Of a DNA stretch of 32,000 bases, positions 27,201-32,000 are shown piece by piece. The stretch lies in assembly GCA_047651235.1 (NCBI GenBank), contig CP178758.1, positions 1,500,001 through 1,532,000 of the forward strand, written 5' to 3'. The stretch is from Candidatus Electrothrix yaqonensis (GTDB taxonomy: Bacteria; Desulfobacterota; Desulfobulbia; Desulfobulbales; Desulfobulbaceae). The notes under the pieces were generated by a model. That model was not told the DNA's origin and ran no database searches. It saw only the letters and a program-made list of their open reading frames with translations. The number at the start of each line of letters is the position of its first letter. Within the stretch, counting starts at the first letter, position 1. A program made the translations under genes and the position numbers.

Positions 27201-27788
27201 GCGGATATCGAGGCCTTGGAAAACTGGCGCGACGGCCAGCCCGTCCGGGTTGGCGGCCTGATCCAGCGCTATAAGGAGCATAAATCGAAAAAAGGCGACC
27301 TGATGGCCTTTACCGTGCTGGAGGACATGACTTCCAGCGTGGAGGTCATTGTATTTCCGGAAGCCTTTACCCGCTGCTCCCACCTGCTCGGCAGCGAGGC
27401 ACCCCTGATTGTCCTCGGCTCCATCCAGCAGAGCGAACGGGGCGCCAAGATCATTGCCGAGGAAATCTACGCGCTGGATAACGCAGTGGAACAGTTCACC
27501 GAGCAGACGGTCATCCGCCTGCAGGCCGAGCGCACCGGGCGGCAGCAGCTCAGCGAACTGAAAGAGCTGCTCTACCGCTTCCACGGCTCCGCTCCGATCA
27601 AGCTGACCCTGCATTTTGACGGTCGGGGCGAGGTAGATATCCTGCCTATGAAGGATCTTGCTGTCCGGCCCTGTCCGGAATTTTTTCAGCAGATCAGACA
27701 GTCCTGCGGGCCAGAAAGCCTGTCCGTGCAGATGCGGCGGAGTGAAGTCAGGCGGAAGAAGCGGTCCTTTGGCGAGAAGGGGCGGTGA
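24270..27788 (+). CDS. dnaE: DNA polymerase III subunit alpha
   Basis: A 1172-aa protein. The PHP domain starts [16 protein letters not shown]. It has the [23 protein letters not shown] and PDFDVDF palm motifs and a C-terminal OB-fold region. Confidence 0.97.
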   Translation: [1172 protein letters not shown]

Positions 27789-27808
27789 TCATTCTCAATC
27801 AGTCCCAA

Positions 27809-27872
27809 GAATAGACCGGCGTTTTAACGCCGGAAAGAAAAGACTCATTTTTATTCCGGCGGGTACAGCATA
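27809..27872 (+). repeat. dispersed ~62-bp hairpin repeat, copy b
   Basis: Same core as 6699-6760. This copy can also form a second, mutually exclusive 8-bp hairpin, cgccggaa/ttccggcg, just upstream of the AAGGAGG RBS of the 27884 ORF. Confidence 0.8.
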
Positions 27873-27883
27873 AGGAGGAGATC

Positions 27884-28063
27884 ATGGCCTTGAAAATCCT
27901 GAGCTTTGTCAAAGCATCGCAGATCAAGCCGCTTTGGAAAAAGCTCGGTCGGATAAGCGGAGAGCGGAAAAAAGATCTGGACCGGCTGCGGGACGAGTTT
28001 GTTGATCCGGAAACCCTGCACGGCCTGTACATTGAGTCGTATAGCTGGAGCAGTATAAACTGA
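27884..28063 (+). pseudogene. 5' stub of a destroyed gene (59 codons), interrupted by a MITE at 28040
   Basis: A strong AAGGAGG RBS precedes it. It reads MALKILSFVKASQIKPLWKKLGRISGERKKDLDRLRDEFVDPETLHGLYIES, then enters MITE sequence and stops. Excising the MITE extends the frame only ~22 codons before a stop. Product unknown. Confidence 0.5.
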
Positions 28064-28146
28064 ATACAGGATCAGCTATCTGAAAGGCGTGAAGGCAAAA
28101 CTTATGCCTCTTGTGGGCATATTCAAATTATGTTGCTCCAGCTATA
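28040..28146 (+). mobile_element. 107-bp MITE, copy A (IS630/Tc1-mariner-type ends, TA flanks)
   Basis: tatagctggagca...tgctccagctata. It is the exact reverse complement, by eye, of 30215-30321. Both ends abut TA. Confidence 0.85.
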
Positions 28147-28421
28147 TCTGCAGGACCGGCTCCCCGTGCGACTTCTGCGGGAAGCCGGTAATTTCCATTT
28201 TACAACCTGATGGTTACGTACGCAAATAAAAAATCAGTAAGTTACGAGACACCCAAAGCGTAGACTCTGCCGATTTTGCGTTTCGGCTGCGTAACATCAG
28301 TTACAACAATAGCTGATAGATTGCCGGGCACTGCGGCCTGTCCGGGCACAGTACGCTGTTTCCTTACCTGTCCACGCTGTCCCAGCAGCGGGCGGCTATT
28401 TTTTATTCTGAAAACCATTTA

Positions 28422-29426
28422 TACTTCTACTTTGGCAACCATAACCTTTTGATCTATTTGTAAAAACTTCTTGCAATATCCGGATAAAGTTGTATCTTTC
28501 ATTAGGAAAATTTTATCGCTTTTTGATCAAGATAGCACCTGATAACAGCTATCAAAAAAATACCCGTCAATCGCCCTGATTATAACTTTATTCTTTTTAT
28601 GAACGCTCCCAGCCCCGAAAAAAGAAGTCCCCATGACAAATTCTTTGAGTTGACCGGCATCGCCCGGCAACTTACGTCTTTTCACGAAAGATATCATCTC
28701 TTTTTTAAGAGACATACAGTAAGTTTGTCAGATAAAGCATTCCAATACTTGAAAGGTTTATTCCAGGCTGACAAAAAAACATGGAACGTATGGAGGAAAA
28801 GGTTCCGGGCGTTAAATATGAGCCCCTCCAGTATTTTCTTTCCGACTCGAACTGGGATTGGCGTCCTGTAAACAACCAAGTAGCTAAAGATGCGGATAAC
28901 ATTTTTGGAGGAAAGGAAGATAGCGCTCTTTTAATTGATGAATCCGGGATACCCAAAAAGGGTAAAATGTCTGTTGGGGTTTCTCGTCAATGGTGCGGGC
29001 AGCTTGGTAAAACCGACAACTGTCAAGTAGTAGTGTTTGCAACTTTGGGATATGGTCGCTTTTCAACGCCGATCGACTGTCGGCTGTATTTACCGAAAAG
29101 CTGGACGGATGACAAGGAACGTTGTCTTAAGGCTAAGGCTCGGGGATGGCTGGCTTGGCATCATCATATGACTATGGTCATGATGGCCATGTTGTTTATG
29201 GTCGAGCAACGATTATACCATCAAGTCGGTGTCCCGTTATTGAGTTGCGCTGATATAACAACATTACTCAAGTCAATTTTCCACGTCGAGATGTAAACGA
29301 AGATGAAGTTATAAGACAGCTTTGTCAACGGCATGAAAAGAGGCAAGCTTCGATTGATTTCGCATATGAGAAACAACGGAATTGCAAATTATTACCACAG
29401 CCTTTGTGAGTGCCAAAGTAGAATTA
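28422..29426 (+). mobile_element. IS701-family insertion sequence, copy 2 (both ends present, in-frame internal deletion), inserted into an IS630 transposase gene
   Basis: It has the same ends as copy 1. The right end abuts the His codon of the IS630 motif DLNPIEH at 29426/29427. Confidence 0.85.
28599..29296 (+). pseudogene. IS701-family transposase, A7 frame split plus deletion joining KERCLKAK directly to ARGWLAWHHH
   Basis: ORFs 28599-28871 and 28781-29296. Compared with copy 1 it lacks LVVRRE...GMGDYQ. The central catalytic region is absent. Confidence 0.85.
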
Positions 29427-30164
29427 TGTTCGATGGGATTCAGGTCGGGAGAGTAAACAGGCAGGTACTCGATCAGATGCCCGGAAGATGTTACAGCCTC
29501 CCGGATATCCCGACGTTTATGAAAAGAGGCGTTGTCCATGACAACCACACTGCGTTCAGGCAGTTTCGGTAATAAATCCTGCCTGATCCATGCATAAAAC
29601 ACATCGGAATTGACGGTCCCGTCGAACAGAGTCACCGTCAGCAGATTTTTCCCGGACAGTGCGCCGACAGCATTGATACGGCCCTTCTCCCGCCAATTAT
29701 GAATACCGGAGCATCGTTCACCTACGGGCGCATATCCGCAGGTGCGCGGCATATCATGAGCGAAGCCGCTTTCATCAATATAAATCAGAGGAAAACCGGA
29801 TTCCTCATATGTGCTGATTTTATCGACAAAGACAGAGCGTTTCTTTTCATCCGCCTTCGGATGCGAAAGAGTTTTTTTTACGGCTGATTTTCAGGCGTTT
29901 CAGAGCTTTCCCTATACCGCGCTGGCTGCATCCGAACCGTTCATACTGATACGCATCGGGATACAGTTCAACATCACGGGCGAGCAGTTCCATGTCAATA
30001 TTTGTTGCCGGTTTATTTCGGCTCCGGCAGGGTTCGACACGTTTCGTCCATCGGCTCACGCTGGATTTACCGACTCCGAAACGGGCTGCGGTTTTTTCGA
30101 AACTCAGACCGTCCCGCTCTTTGACTTCCAAAATTTTACGGCGAAAATCTATTGAATATGTCAT
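29427..30164 (-). pseudogene. IS630-family (DDE_3) transposase, frame split at an A8 tract and 3' truncated
   Basis: The N-terminal HTH ORF is MTYSIDFRRKILEVKERDGLSFEKTAARFGVGKSSVSRWTKR. After the A8 tract (T8 on the plus strand, 29872-29879) the other frame reads KKTLSHPKADEKKRSVF...LIYIDESGFAHDMPRTCGYAPVGERC...VVMDNASFHKR...YSPDLNPIEH. Confidence 0.85.
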
Positions 30165-30201
30165 GCCGATATAATACTCATTTTATTCTGCTTCAGCTAT
30201 A
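29427..30201 (-). mobile_element. IS630-family element remnant (one terminal repeat retained at 30188-30201; distal part cut by IS701-family copy 2)
   Basis: The end sequence tatagctgaagcag (minus strand) matches the MITE ends at 12 of 13 positions. Transposase fragments lie inside. Confidence 0.8.
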
Positions 30202-30214
30202 TCAGAGCCTTGGA

Positions 30215-30321
30215 TATAGCTGGAGCAACATAATTTGAATATGCCCACAAGAGGCATAAGTTTTGCCTTCACGCCTTTCAGATAGCTGATCCTGTATTCA
30301 GTTTATACTGCTCCAGCTATA
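30215..30321 (-). mobile_element. 107-bp MITE, copy B (inverted relative to copy A), inserted at a TA inside IS701-family copy 3
   Basis: It is the reverse complement of 28040-28146. It cuts the copy-3 transposase after KERCL. Confidence 0.85.
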
Positions 30322-30850
30322 AGACAACGTTCCTTGTCATCAGTCCAGCTTTTCGGTAAATACAGCCGATAGTCGATTGGCGTGGAAAAACGGCCATATC
30401 CCAAAGTCGCGAACACTGCTACCTGACAGTTGTCGGTTTTACCAAGCTGCCCGCACCATTGACGAGAAACCCCAACAGACATTTTACCCTTTTTGGGTAT
30501 CCCGGATTCATCAATAAAAAGAGCGCTATCTTCCTTTCCTCCAAAAATGTTATCCGCATCTTTAGCTACTTGGTTGTTTACAGGACGCCAATCCCAGTTC
30601 GATTCGGAAAGAAAATACTGGAGGGGCTCATATTTAACGCCCGGAACCTTTTCCTCCATACGTTCCATGTTTTTTTGTCAGACTGGAATAAACCTTTCAA
30701 GTATTGGAATGCTTTATCTGACAAACTTACTGTATGTCTCTTAAAAAAGAGATGATATCTTTCGTGAAAAGACGTAAGTTGCCGGGCGATGCCGGTCAAC
30801 TCAAAGAATTTGTCATGGGGACTTCTTTTTTCGGGGCTGGGAGCGTTCAT
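30322..30850 (-). pseudogene. IS701-family transposase N-terminal fragments (30578-30850 and 30322-30668)
   Basis: It shows the same two-frame arrangement around the A7 tract (T7 on the plus strand, 30670-30676). The sequence is nearly identical to copies 1 and 2. Confidence 0.85.
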
Positions 30851-31027
30851 AAAAAGAATAAAGTTATAATCAGGGCGATTGACGGGTATTTTTTTGATAG
30901 CTGTTATCAGGTGCTAGCTTGATCAAAAAGCGATAAAATCTTCCTAATGAAAGATACAACTTTATCCGGATATTGCAAGAAGTTTTTACAAATAGATCAA
31001 AAGGTTATGGTTGACAAAGTAGAAGTA
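30322..31027 (-). mobile_element. IS701-family insertion sequence, copy 3 (left end and 5' ~700 bp only)
   Basis: The IRL is tacttctactttgtcaaccataacc, read on the minus strand and ending at 31027. It is collinear with copies 1 and 2 up to the MITE junction. Confidence 0.85.
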
Positions 31028-31097
31028 AACCCAGTTGCTTTAGATTTCCTTTGCAGATTAATTTTAAAGTGTTCGATCTGCATCTGGATAAAATTAT

Positions 31098-31967
31098 TCA
31101 GCCTAAATTGGAGGTTACCGCCGCAACAGCAAAAAACTCCACCCCGTGTCGATCTGACCCCTTGATTAATTCCGGTGCCTCTCTCCAGCTATGTTTCTGC
31201 AAGAACGACGAAAGCTCTTCAGGCCGGATACTCCACACCCACGGCTCGCCGACAACTCTTTGCAGCCAAAGCATCAACCCGGTCCACCTCCCCACATATG
31301 GCCGACCATCTTCGCCGCTGGGAATGTAGGAAAAGGCGATGCGCGATCCCTGACCGACACTTGCCGCGCATTGCCTGAACAAGGATTGCACAGCTTCCGT
31401 TGGTAAATACATGACAAGCCCTTCGGCAAGGATAACGCTTTGCGCAGTTACGTCCCAATTCGCATTTGTTCCCAGCACATCAGACAGTTCCCTCTCACCC
31501 AAATCCTCAGCGATCAGATGCAAATTCTCACTTGCTCCTAACGCCTCAATCCCTTTCTGTTTCAGAGAAGATGTGGCCGGATGATCAATTTCAAAAAAAT
31601 GTACGCCCGGAAACTCCGGTGCCAATCGACAGCACAGGGTATCATATCCTGCTCCGAGGACAAGCACCTGGGTCGCTCCGCTGCTGATACTGTCTCGTAC
31701 CTGCTGTTCACAGAAGGCCTTGCGATGGGCAAATGCCTCAAACTGACCCGGCAACATCCAGTCAAAGGCTTCATACACAGCAATCATTCTGGGAGAGCGG
31801 GCCAACCGGACTGTCCTTTCCCCGGCAGCACCTGATGCAACAAGTAACTGTGCCGTGGCATCAACAATCCCGTGCGGAAGAACCGCGTCCATTCCGGGTT
31901 GAGAGCCAAGAGTGACAATGTTCAGAGCGACCTTGCGGGCCGTCATGCTCGGTTTGTTGTGCTTCAT
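31098..31967 (-). CDS. class I SAM-dependent methyltransferase (Ppm1/TIGR00027-like O-methyltransferase family)
   Basis: A 289-aa protein with motif I, VLVLGAGYDT, then FEIDHP and ILAEGLVMYL, as in the leucine carboxyl / mycobacterial O-methyltransferase family. Confidence 0.8.
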   Translation of the reverse strand: MKHNKPSMTARKVALNIVTLGSQPGMDAVLPHGIVDATAQLLVASGAAGERTVRLARSPRMIAVYEAFDWMLPGQFEAFAHRKAFCEQQVRDSISSGATQVLVLGAGYDTLCCRLAPEFPGVHFFEIDHPATSSLKQKGIEALGASENLHLIAEDLGERELSDVLGTNANWDVTAQSVILAEGLVMYLPTEAVQSLFRQCAASVGQGSRIAFSYIPSGEDGRPYVGRWTGLMLWLQRVVGEPWVWSIRPEELSSFLQKHSWREAPELIKGSDRHGVEFFAVAAVTSNLG

Positions 31968-32000
31968 CTGATAATTTTTACGATTTCAGCTTCCTTTCTC

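Noticed and set aside
28422-31027. Inverted IS701-family copies 2 and 3 as a composite transposon
   Set aside because: The segment between them holds only an IS630 remnant and a MITE, with no cargo. Copy 3 lacks its distal end, so the structure is insertion debris rather than a functional composite element.
1-32000. CRISPR arrays, rRNA genes, retron or DGR-type repeats
   Set aside because: I scanned the intergenic regions by eye and saw no regularly spaced direct repeats and no template/variable repeat pairs. The only tandem repeat is the 8-bp duplication at 1536-1553.

Overview
This is a 32-kb bacterial chromosomal window, mostly above 50% G+C; I cannot assign a taxon from the sequence alone. 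Housekeeping blocks are tatC, a DUF523 gene, an ftsB-like gene and comM; then tRNA-Leu(CAA), an MBL hydrolase, pyrH, tsf, rpsB, a PilZ gene and dnaE; and a SAM methyltransferase at the right end. Three accessory regions interrupt them. (A) 1-4354 holds an edge-truncated hypothetical gene, an Rpn-family nuclease relic and a decayed AbiL-like pair (AAA ATPase + RloB). The ATPase's canonical N-terminus is out of frame next to an 8-bp tandem duplication, and the RloB gene is cut by an IS701-family element. (B) About 8500-19998 is an ~11.5-kb island at the 3' end of tRNA-Leu(CAA). It carries a P4-type integrase, an unknown 278-aa gene, an ISKra4-like insertion, AlpA, a small basic ORF and a 993-aa AEP-primase/SF3-helicase. 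Its cargo end has a frameshifted small gene, an AT-rich 561-aa gene (NucS-like PD-(D/E)XK N-terminus plus about 450 aa of unassignable sequence), a GNAT-toxin pair with a non-canonical 54-aa partner, and a small wHTH gene. The 561-aa gene is my best candidate for an undescribed (defence-type) function. (C) 27.8-31.0 kb is an insertion-sequence graveyard: two more defective IS701-family copies, an IS630 remnant, two inverted copies of a 107-bp MITE whose ends match the IS630 end, and the 5' stub of a destroyed gene. There is also an IS200/IS605 tnpA relic (6.27-6.65 kb) and a ~62-bp hairpin repeat present twice. No CRISPR array or rRNA was seen. All family assignments rest on motif recognition by eye; no database search was run.
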